The position numbers were made by a program, and so were the translations under genes. Shown here piece after piece: positions 45,327 through 57,567 of a DNA stretch of 64,000 nucleotides; within the stretch, counting starts at the first letter, position 1; each line of letters begins with the position of its first letter. The notes beneath the pieces are model-generated. The model was given only the letters and a program-made list of their open reading frames with translations, was not told where the DNA came from and made no database searches. The stretch is from the human T2T-CHM13v2.0 reference genome, Homo sapiens: assembly GCF_009914755.1 (NCBI RefSeq), contig NC_060935.1, one strand, 5' to 3'.

Positions 45327-46576
45327 ACACAATAGAGAACACAAAGATAAAACCATATATCTACAGCCAACTGATCTTTGACAAAGTCAACAAAAACATA
45401 CACTGAGGAAAGACATCTTATTCAATAAATACTGCTGAAATATTGGATAGCCAGGTGCAGAATAAAACTGGACCCCTATCTCTTACCACACATGAAAATG
45501 AACTCAAGATTGATTAAAGACTTAAATATAGGACCTGAAACTGTAAAAATACTAGAGGAAAACCTAGAAAAAAATGATTCTGAATGCCCTAAGCAAAGAA
45601 TTTATTAATAAGATCTCAAAAACAAATGAAACAAGAACAAAAATAGACAAATGGGACTTAAACTAAAATTCTTCCTCACAGCCAAAAAAATAAACAACAG
45701 AGTGAACACATATATGTAGAATGGGAGAAAATATTTGCAAACTGCATCCAACAAAGGAATAATACCAAGAACTACAAGGATTTCAAACAACTCAACAACA
45801 AAAAATAAAAAACCCTATTAAAAAGTGGGCAAAGGACATGAACAGACATTTTACAAAAGAAGACAAATAAATGGCCATTAAACATGTGAAAAGAAATCTC
45901 AACATCATTAATCATCAGAGAAATGCAGATTGAAGCCACAGTGTGATAATGAGATACCATCTTATGTCACTCAGAATGGCTAATATTAAAAATTCAATAA
46001 AAAACAGATGTGGGCGAGAATGCAGAGAAAACACTTACACACTATTGGTGGGAATATGCATTATTACAACCTCTATGGAAAACAGTATAGAGATTTCTCA
46101 AATAACTAAAGTAGAACTACTATTCAATCCAGCAATCCCACTAATAGCACTATTCACAATAGCAAAGATATGGAATCTGTGTCCATTAAAAGATAATTAG
46201 ATTTAAAAATGTGGTAGATATATACAATAGAACACTATTTAGCCATTAAAAATATGTATTTTGTAGCAACATGGATAATACTGGAGGCCATTATCTTAAG
46301 TGTAATATCTCAAAAACAAAAAGTAAAATACTACATGTTTAATTTTATAAGTGGGAACTGAAAAACAGGTACACATGGTCATAGAGAATGGAATAATAGA
46401 CAGTGGAAACTCAGAAGAGTAGAAGCAGGGGAGAAGGGTGAGGGATGAGGAATTACTTAATGGCTACACTGTGCACTATTCGGATGCTGGCTATACCAAA
46501 CACCCAGTCTTTAGCACTATGTAATATGTCCATGTAAAAAATGACACTTGGACTCCCTAAATATCTAACAAATAAG
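45327..46576 (+). mobile_element. L1PB (PB4-like) 3' fragment
   Basis: ORF2 C-terminal remnants (MRYHLMSLRMANIK); 3'UTR gggtgagggatgaggaattacttaatggctacactgtgcactattcgg. Confidence 0.88.
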
Positions 46577-46699
46577 ATATCAAGGCAGAAGCTGAAAGTT
46601 AACATGGCAAAATGCTACCAATGTTTATCTCTTGATTATATAAAAATGTGTTCTTCAAAAAATATTTTTATACATTTTGTACAGTGAGAAATTATATCA

Positions 46700-47150
46700 T
46701 CCTGTCCCCAGAGCCAAATCACACTGACCTTTTATCTTTTTATTCAAACATGCCCAACACTCTCTGATCTCAGTGAATTTTTCCCTATTTGCTCTTATCA
46801 GTACTGATCTTCTTCTTCTAGGTTTTCACATGGATGACTTCTCTGTGTTCTATATCTTAGCTCAAGACTGTATTTGGGCATGTAGAAGTCTTCCTGGAGC
46901 TCTGGTCATCTGATAAAGCGTACATTTTCTCCATCTCCTTTCAGAAACCCTCCATTAATTCACAGTTATATTTGCTTATATTCAGTGACACTTATTACCA
47001 TTGAAAGTTAGTCTACATGTCTATTACGTTTCTCACTACTAGAATCAAAAATTCATCAGAGTATGTTTATCAGTTTTGTCCATTACTGCATCATCACACC
47101 TAGAACAATATATCTGGAACGCAGTAATTACTCATAAAAATGACAATTTA
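46700..47150 (+). mobile_element. L2a 3' fragment
   Basis: cacactgacctt...caaacatgccca; ctcactactagaat; ttttgtccattactgcatcatcacacctagaacaatatatctggaacgcagta. Confidence 0.75.
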
Positions 47151-47859
47151 AAGGTAACAATAAAAGTATGGAGCAACGTCATCTGCTCAAATAGCTATTA
47201 CAGCAGGACATGTAGAGCTGAACTTAACAAATATGCATCTCAGAACCATCTAGATAAGGCACTTACGGGAAATGAGGTTTAGTTTCCCTACGTTCATAAT
47301 TGAATTTCCCATATGGTTGCTATGCTTAACTTGCTCAAAAGGGAATTATTCTATTAAAGAAATACATGTTCTTATATTATAATTTTTGAAAGTCAAGATA
47401 TCATCTAATCAATACATTTGTGTGATGTACAATTATTCCTTTTTTTCACAAAGCCAGTATTAAACTAGTGGTTCATCAAAAATGCAATGCTGAAAAATAT
47501 TTGAAGAAATATTGTACACAATGAAATCAACCAGAAGAGTAGCATAAGCTAGCTTCCCCTTATATCCAAAGCCAAAAAAAAAAAATTGTCATGATATTTG
47601 GGTTGCGGCTTGAGTAAAAGTCCAATGCTTGACTGAAGACTTTCCAGTATTACCTATTTTATACAGTGGTCCTTTCTGGGGTATCCACATCCACATTATA
47701 TTTTTCAGAACTAAGGGCTATTTATAACTCTATTTTTACACTTATGTGACTTCTCAAGCATTTGCTTGAAAAGTCACCAATCCGATTGTTATCACATGTT
47801 TATTAAGAGTACCTGTTTGTAGTCTAGTTTATGACCAGAAGTGTAAAGATAATTGAAAA

Positions 47860-48950
47860 ACAAATACAAATTACCATAAAAAACAGTATTATATTTACTT
47901 ATTTTTTATAATAGTATTCCCTAGACAAATCGCTTCCTTCTGAAAATACACATGGTCACAACAATAGAACATCAGTTATTAGTTCTGCTATTTCTCCGAT
48001 TTTTTTGTTTTTCAGAATTACGGCAGTCACATAATTAAAATTTATCTGATTGTATTTCATATATTTTTAATCTGATACAGCTTGCTTTTTTTTAGTTAAA
48101 GAGTGTGTGTATGTGTGTTTGTGTGTGTGTATATTTGCATATGTGAATGAATATTTCTTTAAATCTATGTCTATTTGATGTCCGCAATAGGGAAGAAAAC
48201 CTAGCATATGCGTTCTTTGAAATTCTGACGATAGCATTATTATCTTGTTATTTTTTATATTTTAGAATATTCTTTACTAGTTGATTTATATATCATGTTT
48301 TTTCTTATCTACATATTTCATAATAGCCAGAATTAAATTTTCTATCACATTTATATTTAAAGTTTAAAAGGACCAGATACATGAGATATACATAAAATTG
48401 TATATTTAAAAATACAGTTTGAATTATTTCTCTTTTCAGCTAATCAAATTTTAACAGCCTCTGACCTAAACTAAAATTATTCTATTTTGGCTTATTTTCT
48501 GTTTTTTTAAATTATTATTAGCTATTATATTTTCAAATATTTCTATAATGTATGAGAGTATTATTTTATCTCCATCTCTAACAGTAATCACAATTTAAGG
48601 TTCTTTTGATTTTACCAGAATTAATAAAGTATTTTACCTTGTTTTCATTTTAACTGTCATATTCCCATCTACTTTTAATGTGGCTTTTGGATGTTGAACT
48701 TTTCTTTGAATAATCTTCCCATATTCTTTTCCCACTTTTCAACTGAGCCATCTGTTTTCTCTTCTTAATATTGGTGTTCTTTTTGTATGATTGCAAATAA
48801 CCCTTTTTCTATCAACAAGAATATAAATTTTTCCAGGCTTATTATTTATCTATTTACTATATTTATTTTTTGCCAAATGAATATGTAAAATTTTAATAGT
48901 TATATCGGCCTGGCTTTTCCTTTATATATTCTAGATTTCTTATTCTAATA
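47860..48950 (-). mobile_element. Very old L1ME-like fragments
   Basis: gacaaatcgcttcc; ggatgttgaactttttc; atattcttttcccacttttcaactgag; taaccctttttctatc. Confidence 0.5.
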
Positions 48951-49139
48951 AGCAATAAACCTCCAAGTAAGGCATTCTATTTGATTAATGTTCTATTATT
49001 TGTTTATTTTGAGTTCAGATATCACAGAAGGAGGAATATTTGACCTACATTTGGAAATATAAGTAGATTTTCAGAGACTCCCCAGGAAATTGAAGCAATT
49101 CTTTCAAAAATACTGAAATATTAAAGAATATGGAAACAT

Positions 49140-49497
49140 CCCATACTTCCATGCCTTTGTTCATATCATACACTTAATCTAATAACTTTCAAAGATTCAG
49201 ACCAGGTGTTGTCAACTAAACCGTGCCTTTTCTATGGCTCTAGGTAGGACTAACACCATTTGTCTACTCTGAGCTGGTAAAATATACAAATATTTATCCA
49301 GGCTTTCCACATGTGATATTTTGATATTGTGTGCTTATGTTTCTACCACCATCTTTACTACTCCCTAACAACTCCATTTCCATTAGGTTGTAGTTCATTG
49401 AAAGCAGGGGTATTATCTTATTTATTTTTGTCTTTCTATAATTAAACACAGGGGCATATCGTAGGTAGTCAGTAAATGATATTGGAAACAAATTGAT
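49140..49497 (+). mobile_element. L2 (L2c-like) 3' fragment
   Basis: cttccatgcctttgttcat; cattgaaagcaggggtattatcttatttatttttgt...cacaggggcatatcgtaggtagtcagtaaatg. Confidence 0.7.
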
Positions 49498-49611
49498 GAT
49501 AGTATATTTATGGAATTTAGACTAACTTAAGTCACAGTGTAAGAGACAGACAGGCTGAATGGAGCTGTTACTAAGGGCCTTGGCTTCCATTCTAAGGAAT
49601 TGAGGTTTGAT

Positions 49612-50224
49612 CTCCAGACAATCAGATGGTGTGTGGGGCTACAGATCTCCTGAAATTATGTCCTCTGTCTTCAGCTACCAGGGTAGACAGAGAAAGACCA
49701 TCAGTTGAGGGCAAAGTTAGGTGTGTCTGAGCTCAGACTCACCTTGGGTGGGGCTTGTTGGAGCTGCTGTGTGGTATGGGGTTTTGTTCCCAGGCCAACG
49801 GAATTATGTTTCCAGGGAGATTATGGCTGTCTCTTCTGTGTCACACAGATCACCAGGGAAGTGGTGGAAAGCCAGCAGCCACTGCTTTCATGCATTCCAT
49901 AGCCCAAAAGTCTGGTCTCCCTTCCACCATGACCCCACAATATCACCAAGTTTATTTTCAGGCAGCAGGTGAGCAGGGCTGAGAATGTGCCCCAGGCTAC
50001 AAGCTTCTGAGCCAAGAAAGCAAGCTGACTCACAGTTCCTTGGCTGTCCCACAAAGGTTGTGGCAATACACCTCCTTCAAAGGGTCTGTGGATTTTCTCA
50101 GCTTTCCTGGTATGTTCCTGCAGAATTTTTTGGAGCAAAAGTTCACGATGTGGGTCTCCACGCACTATTCTGTTTGTCCAAGTGGGAGCTGCAGTTAGTC
50201 TTACCTCCTACTTGCCATTTTCCC
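49612..50224 (-). mobile_element. L1PB-type (L1PBa) 5'UTR terminal fragment
   Basis: gtgtctgagctcagactc; ccttcaaagggtctgtgga; ggagcaaaagttcacgatgtg...cctcctacttgccattttccc. Confidence 0.8.
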
Positions 50225-50254
50225 TTACTATCACCTCCATAGAAATTTATTCAA

Positions 50255-50625
50255 AATCCAGTTCTGCTATGATGTTTGTTATTATTTTTTTTCTTCTGCT
50301 AGCTTTGGGGTTAGTTTGTTCTTGTTTTTTTAGTTCCCGTAGTTAATTTAGTTTCCCATTAGTTTGAGATCATTTTAAAGTTTTGAGGTAGGCATTTAGT
50401 GCTATAAACTTTTCTCATAAGACTGCTTTTGCTGCCTCTTTTAGATTTTGGTATGTTGTGTTTCTGTTTTCTTTTGTGTCAAAGATTTTTTTATTTCTAC
50501 CTTAATTTTGTTGTCTACCCCAAAGTCATTCAGGTCAAGTTGTTTAATCTTCATGTATTTGTGTAATTTTGAGATATCTTATTGGTATTAATTCCTATTT
50601 ATTCCATTATAGTCCAAGAATATGT
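50255..50625 (-). mobile_element. L1 ORF2 (post-endonuclease) fragment
   Basis: agttctgctatgatgtttgtt...tttcttctgctagctttgggg; tacccaaagtcattcagg. Confidence 0.8.
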
Positions 50626-50750
50626 TTAGTTATGGGTACACCAAAATCTCAGAAATCACTACTAAAGAACACATCTATGTAACCAAAAATCACCTGTACT
50701 CCAAAAACTATTGAAATGAAAAAAGAGAATAAATCAGAGAAAAATAAAAG
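50626..50750 (+). mobile_element. L1MA1-3/L1PB-like 3' terminus with A-rich tail
   Basis: tgggtacaccaaaatctcagaaatcactactaaagaac...catctatgtaaccaaaaatcacctgtactccaaaaactattgaaat. Confidence 0.85.
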
Positions 50751-50751
50751 A

Positions 50752-51195
50752 TGTTTATCTCTTCATTTTCTGGATTGCTTTGGAAGTTTCTTTGTGTTGA
50801 TTTGCAACCTTGTGTTGGATCCTGTGGAGCTTCCTTACAATCCATGCTTTGAATCCCTTATCTGTCATCTCTGAGTTTCCATTTTTGTTAGAGATCTTTG
50901 CTGGAGAGCTAGTGTAATCCTTTTGTGGTGCCACTACGTTCAAATTTTTATGAGCAGAATCCTTGTGCTCTTATGTACTGGGGCTTCACTCACTTTTATC
51001 AACCAGATACTGTTCCAGGGACTGTTTGCTCATGTTTTGCTCCCTGGAATCTGGAATATCCTTCACAATTTTGGTAGACTCCTATTTTCCTTCTTGAATT
51101 AAACCCCACAGAGTTGATCTTTGTGCACCATCTTGCTATTTCCAAGTGGCTGAGGTATGCTAAAAGCCTCTTATCTGCCATCTTGGAACAAAACA
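50752..51195 (-). mobile_element. L1 ORF1 N-terminus fused to an L1 5' terminus (most of the 5'UTR missing)
   Basis: ORF 50755-50943 EMTDKGFKAWIVRKL (ORF1p N-terminal like); ends gcctcttatctgccatcttggaac, a typical antisense L1 5' terminus. Confidence 0.75.
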
Positions 51196-51696
51196 ATAAC
51201 AACATGCTTTTTCTTTATCAAATTCAGAAAATAGAATGAGAGCAGCTACAGAAAAAGATTAAAAATGTCCTTGTCCCACTGTTGCTACAACGTGCACTTA
51301 CACGTGAGTAAACGTGAGTTTTTTTTTGAGATTATGTCTGATTCATTTTTTATAGTGCCAGTGCCTAAGATAGCATCCAACACATACTGATTTTAAGAAA
51401 TCATTATGTGATAAATCACTGAAAGACCACTGAATTGAGAGACAGGACATTAGGGTCAAAATTAGGAAGGCAGATGCTTAATGTGTTGGAAGATCTCTGT
51501 TCCTGAAATGAAGAAACACCCACTCTAATTGAAGGTTTGCTCTGAGTTTCCTTTGTCTCATTATTTTCACTTCTATTTATTTATTACTCCTTTCATCTGA
51601 GCAAATGTCACAAGACAATCTAATAATTGTTTCATTTTGATCATGAAAATACATGTAATTACTACTGAAAAATTATTCTTTTTTAAGTACAGCCAC

Positions 51697-52049
51697 TGAT
51701 ATGGTTTGGCTCTGTGTCCCCACCCAAATATCACTTTGGATTGTAATAATCCCCATGTGTCAAGGGTGGGACTGTGTGGAGGTAAATGAATCCTGGGGGT
51801 GGTTGCCCCCATGCTGTTCTCCTGATAGTGAGTTCTCACGAAATTAGATAGTTTTATAAGCATCTCACATTTTCCCTGCTGGCACTCATTCTCTCTCCTG
51901 CCGCCCCTTGAAGAAGTGCCTTCTGGCATGATTGTAAATGTCCTAAGGCCCCCCAGCCATGTGGAACTGTGAGTCAAATAACCTATTTTCTTCACAAATT
52001 ACCCAGTCTTAGGTATTTCTTCATAGCAGTATGAGGGCAGACTAATTCA
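51697..52049 (+). mobile_element. THE1 (C/D-like) solo LTR
   Basis: tgatatggtttggctctgtgtccccacccaaat ... gactaattca; perfect TSD GCCAC at 51692-51696 and 52050-52054. Confidence 0.95.
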
Positions 52050-52704
52050 GCCACGTAACCCCAGTGTATTAGCCACAGGAGAGACAAGTCGATGAACTAC
52101 AAGTAGGAGATAACTTTTACCACCTAAAACCTGCATCATTATTGAGTCACCTATGTGTCCTTCTTCTCACCTTTGAGATAGGATGGGTGGAGGAAAATCA
52201 TTAGGCCTACCACTTAAATTAAGAGATGTCGTCAACAAGGACTTTAAATGCTCAGAGAATGGAATAGATGCATTGTCAATGCCATTTCAGTGGTCGATAA
52301 GACTTTATATTGCTGATCACTCCAAAATTTTTCTCTTCTTTTATTGTCCTCCAGTGGTATAATATTCTTTGATTTTCTTTGAATATATGAGGCATGAGCA
52401 GCATCCCTCCAGGTGCTTTACTCTGCCTGTAAAGCCTGCTCTTGAATACTCATACAGCAAACTCCCTCATCTCACTCAAGACTTTTACTTCATGAATTTT
52501 ACTTGGCCGTTACATTCAGAAATTAGCCAAGAACTAGTTTGAAGGTTTGATTCTAAATATCTCTATTTCAGTATTTAGTGTCGTTAATCATAAGGAATGG
52601 AATTAGGACAGAATACGTTTTAAACAATAGTGGACTGCTCAAGCTAATGCCATTCATATTATCAAAAAAAGCCTCAGGAGAATTTAAAGGATCTAAAGAA
52701 AAAT

Positions 52705-52894
52705 TTCCCTTCCCTTCCCTTCCCTTCCCTTCCCTTCCCTTCCCTTCCCTTCCCTCCCCTCCCCTCCCCTCCCCTCCCCTCCCCTCCCCTCCCCTCCCCT
52801 CCCCTTTCTTCCTTTCTTATTCCCTCCCCTTCCATCCCTTCCCCTCCCATCCCCTTCCCTCCTCTTCCCTTTCTTTCTTTCCTTCTCTTTCCCT
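52705..52894 (+). repeat. (TTCCC)10(TCCCC)10 followed by a degenerate pyrimidine tract
   Basis: Counted directly: 52705-52754 and 52755-52804. Confidence 0.97.
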
Positions 52895-53582
52895 GTGTCT
52901 CACTGTATAAAAGTAAAAAGAAATGTTCACATTAGGCTGTGTGTTATGGCCCAAAATATTGGTCATTCTGTCAAGCCAGTTGCATTTCCATTCCCAGGGT
53001 AAAATCATACCCAAAAATGATGGAAATATTGCTAGAGGAATTTAGAAAAATATGTCAGCTTAACAAATGATGCAATGGTTTGTCTGTAAATAGTAATATA
53101 ATTAATACCAAGAAATGAACTAAGAAAAAGCTTCTGAAAGTGTAGAGGTAACAACAAACATGCCATCCAATACTCCCATAATTTGTTTACACTAATAATA
53201 AAATGAAAGCAATTGCCCAGATAAATATCTCAGAAAACCAAAACCCATTAACTTCCAACCCAAGTATGCTCCTTCATTGAGGATGGATCGCCCTGTCTAG
53301 TTCAGGAAAAGAAGAAAAAATATTCGGCGGTTGTCTAGCATTAGCCACAGAAGCCTTGTGTTGAAAAAAAAATTCTAATATTGTGGCAGAACTTGCATGA
53401 AATCATTCAAAGAAAAATAATAAACTGTCTTCTGACATAAGTAGCTACATAAATCCTAAGACTAAGCATGATCTTAATGTAGAGTGACAACAAAAGGCAA
53501 CTTTATGTCTTGTAAGTTTTGGCATATTTTTTCTCATTTTCAAGCACAGAAATTGCCTATTTTAAATATATTTAGGTGCTTC

Positions 53583-54207
53583 ATATATATATATGTGAAT
53601 ATATATATAAATATATATGTGAATATATAAAAATATATATGTGAATATATAAAAATATATATGTGAATATATATAAAAATATATATGTGAATATATATAA
53701 ATATATATGTGAATATATATAAATATATATGTGAATATATATATAAATATATATGTGAATATATATATAAATATATATGTGAATATATATATAAATATAT
53801 ATGTGAATATATATATAAATATATATGTGAATATATATATGAATATATATGTGAATATATAGAAATATATATGTGAATATATATATGAATATATATGTGA
53901 ATATATATATGTGAATATATATGTGAATATATATATGTGAATATATATGTGAATATATATATATGTGAATATATATATGTGAATATATATATGTGAATAT
54001 ATATATATGTGAATATATATAAAAATATATATGTGAATATATAAAAATATATATGTGAATATATATGAATATATGTGTGAATATATATGTATATATATGA
54101 ATATATATGTATATATATGAATATATATGTGAATGTATATATGAATATATATGTGAATGTATATATGAATATATATGAATACATATACATGAATATATAT
54201 ATATAAA
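53583..54207. repeat. TA-rich minisatellite built from GTGAA(TA)n units
   Basis: Recurrent atatatatgtgaatatatataa units of ~12-24 bp. Confidence 0.97.
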
Positions 54208-55044
54208 TGAATTGTATTCATTTCCCTCTAAAGAGTATGAATTTATTCATAGAAGGATTGATGACATCTTTGACAGGGCTAGATATTTCAGCTTCTAGCA
54301 TAAAAGAAAAAACCTGAGAGAGAAACAGTGACCATTACCTACCCCAGCCAACTACTCGTGTTTTTCAGAGGCACTCTTTAGCTTTGGTATTACCTGGGAC
54401 AATAGTGTTTTTGAATAATGACTCTGTCTCTTTCATTTTTATGCTCTAAAATCCCATTCTGTGCGTGCACTTAAAACATCTGTGCCCTTTGTTTTCAATG
54501 AACAATGAAGAATTCATGTGGGTTCACCACAATGCCTAGCAATTCATTTGGTTTGCCTTTCAAGGTGAGGTGATGTATACACTTTGTACTTACAACAGTA
54601 TTAAAGGATCCAAACTTAATGAATGAATTTTCAATGGTAGATAAGGATTATTATGATCCAAAGCCCATCTCTTGGGCTGCAGCCTTCATCTACAACTGTC
54701 AGGAAATTTTCCAAACCATAGCATACTAATCTTGTGAAAAAACAGAAAACCCTTCTGAAATATTTATCTTTATAATACATTCTGGAATACCTTATGTTCC
54801 AGTTATTTTACCTGTCTCTCACATAATTTAGGAATCTTTAGCAAGAATAGTAAGAAAAGATGCACAGAGAACAAAAAGAAAAGTTGAGGTAAATGGAAGC
54901 AAATGGTAGAATTTGTAGATAGTTGATTTTGCAGGGTGCTTTGAAAGACATAAGGGAAACTGAGCAAAAAAACTCAGGCGATGAATATGTTCTTATACCT
55001 TGAAGAAGAGGGGATTGAGAACTGTTGAAGAGTGGCTGAATGAA

Positions 55045-55280
55045 GTCATTCATCCATTCATCTATTTGTCCTCACAAAAATGCTTATTGTAATCCTATTA
55101 TGAGTCAGGCACCTATTAAACACTGAAGATGAGTAGATAAATCTGACTGCTAACCTCATGCTAACTCCATGAGGTTAAATACATGGACATGTATTAAATA
55201 CATGGACATGTCTAGTTAAAATACATGGACATTACATAAATAATTAAACAAATAGTAATATAAATGCAGTTGTAACTGAG
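55045..55280 (-). mobile_element. L2 3' fragment
   Basis: cattcatccattcatc...tattgtaatcctattatgagtcaggcacctattaaacactgaagat. Confidence 0.65.
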
Positions 55281-56456
55281 CGATTCAGTCCCAAGCATTT
55301 CCAGCATGCGCTGATGCACTCTGAGATAGAGTCATCTTAGATGGGACTGACATAACAGTGCATTTGTAGAGACTAATTGGGATAGCTGCCTTGTGCCCAC
55401 ATGTGATTTCCCTTTTGTGCAACTTTGCTGATAGATTAGTTTGTTAGGTATTTCAACATTGAATATTCACATTTATTCATTTCTCTCTGAACTACATTCA
55501 TTCATTTCTCTCTGAACTATAGAATGAAAAATTTTAGAGCTACCACAAAAGAGGAAGACTTGAAAACCCTCTACATTATACTGAAGAACAATAACTAATT
55601 GTATTTTTAATTCATAGTCTTCATTATGGCTAGTACCAGTCTAGTAATTTTGAGACATTCTTGAAAACCTAGCATTAATATCTTTTTCCACAGATTTACG
55701 TTGATTTAAGAAACTGATGCTCCAATATTTAAATGTATTCAATTTGATTTCAAGTATTTTGAGATTAAAAAATTTATCACCAAATTAAATTATGTTATGT
55801 ATGGGAAACAGAGCAAGATTAGATAAATTTGTAAAGCATAAAATGATAACTATTCTAATTAAAAGTGATCTTCTACTAGTGACAAACCTAAAACAAAGGG
55901 GAGCATTTCTAGGTTGTATTGGAATCCCACGTGGAAGGAAGCATTCATTTTTAAATGGAAGTGTGTTTATTATGAAGTTGAGTCCTGTCTATGAAGACTT
56001 TTACTTGGAAATTCTCATATGTAAGTGGTAGGATTTCTGGAGTGTTAAGCTAGCATAACATTTTTAATAATGCTCAAAACTATGTAAAGGAGCCTATAAC
56101 TGCTAGAGTGAGTGAGCTGAGCCAAATTTGAACAGCTCTGGATTTCATTGCCAAACAGTTTTAGAAAGATGACATGCATTCCATTTATAAGTGACTCTTT
56201 GCAATGATAGTACTACTTGGCTAGTAGTTATCTATTAGAAAATTATGTTTCAAAATAAGTTTATTTTGTTACATTTGAACAAAATAGAAATCCAAAATTT
56301 AACTGAAATTAATAATAAATAATTTAAAAAGAAAATGTTTGTCTAATATTAGAAATCACTTTTTAAGTCTCAACTTTATGTGTGCAAAGGGGACAACATC
56401 TGTACTGTTTGGTGTCTCATGTTTTCAACTACTGTACACGTCCTCTTACTCCAGAC

Positions 56457-56700
56457 ATAATAATGACCATTACTGAGCGCTTACTATGTGTCAGGCCATT
56501 TCTATTTTCCATATACTGATACATTAAATACTTATAGAAATCCTCGGGAGTGGATACTATTATTGTGTCCATTTTATAGATGAGAGGACTGCATTATAGA
56601 GAGGTAAATAACTGGGGCAAGGTTGTACAACTCCTAAGAAGCCACTGAATGCTTATGTACCTGTGCTTTCCAGCTCTAGAAGCTGTATTTTTAACTACCC
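56457..56700 (-). mobile_element. MIR, near full length
   Basis: tactgagcgcttactatgtgtcaggc...tccattttatagatgagaggactg...gagaggtaaataactggggcaaggt. Confidence 0.88.
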
Positions 56701-56789
56701 TTCTAGTCTGAATATCTTCTTGTCGCCATGACTTTACCAATGGATTTATCCCTGAATCTGTCTTTAGGTACTGCATGGGCACATTTCAA

Positions 56790-57020
56790 GTTTCAATTCA
56801 GATGTAATATCTCCCATGAATTTTCTTACATTTGTCCCACTCTTAACTGGGTAAGAAACCACACATATGGGCCACTACAGTCTCAGGGTTAATAGCACTC
56901 ATCACACTAGATTCTTAATTACCCTTTTCACCTCTTTGTCTTTCCTACTAGCTTGAGATACTTAAGGAAAGACTTCTTATGTTCCCAATAAATGTTTACT
57001 GAATGTATAAATGAGTATGA
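56790..57020 (+). mobile_element. L2 3' fragment
   Basis: aatagcactcatcacact...gtctttcctactag; caataaatgtttactgaatgtataaatgagtatgaa. Confidence 0.6.
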
Positions 57021-57567
57021 AAGAATTGTAAGTAAAAATTTTGTAAAACTGCTTTTAAAACTGTAAACATCATAGATGATTATTTCATTTCATGATAAGG
57101 GTATTCTATGGCAAAATAGCGTCTCAGAGAGGGTTGTTTTTTCAATGTAAATAAAATGGTGAAATAAAAATTAAAACAGAAAGAAAATTATTCAAAAGGG
57201 GTAAACACTGATTTATGTTTGCTGCAGGGTATTTTTTAAATTGAAAATGGCATTTATAAAACAAAGGGCAGAAAAAAATTCAATTTTGCTTGAACTAAAG
57301 TATAATACTCTTGATTTTTACAACTGAAAGCATTGACAGTGACTTATCATCCTGACTTGACAAGGAATAATTGAAGAAATCTTAAAGAATCATGACTTAA
57401 CTTTCTTTGATGGTATTAAAATCAAAATTGTTGTGTGGCACTCAATATGAGAACACATGACATAAAATACAAAAAATATAGAAAATAGATCTCAACTGAA
57501 TAAATTTTTATGGCAAAGAATATTATGTCATATAGGGGAGAAGTTTCAGATTAAAAAATAAAGAGTG

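Noticed and set aside
44531-52049. The two THE1 LTRs as ends of one provirus
   Set aside because: They differ in subtype, the second has its own GCCAC TSD, and older L2/L1ME DNA lies between them.
52578-52910. 110-aa Pro/Ser-rich ORF
   Set aside because: Reads through the (TTCCC)/(TCCCC) repeat.
53540-54221. 216- and 219-aa ORFs (Y/I/H/F-rich)
   Set aside because: Translation of the TA minisatellite; stop-free by composition only.
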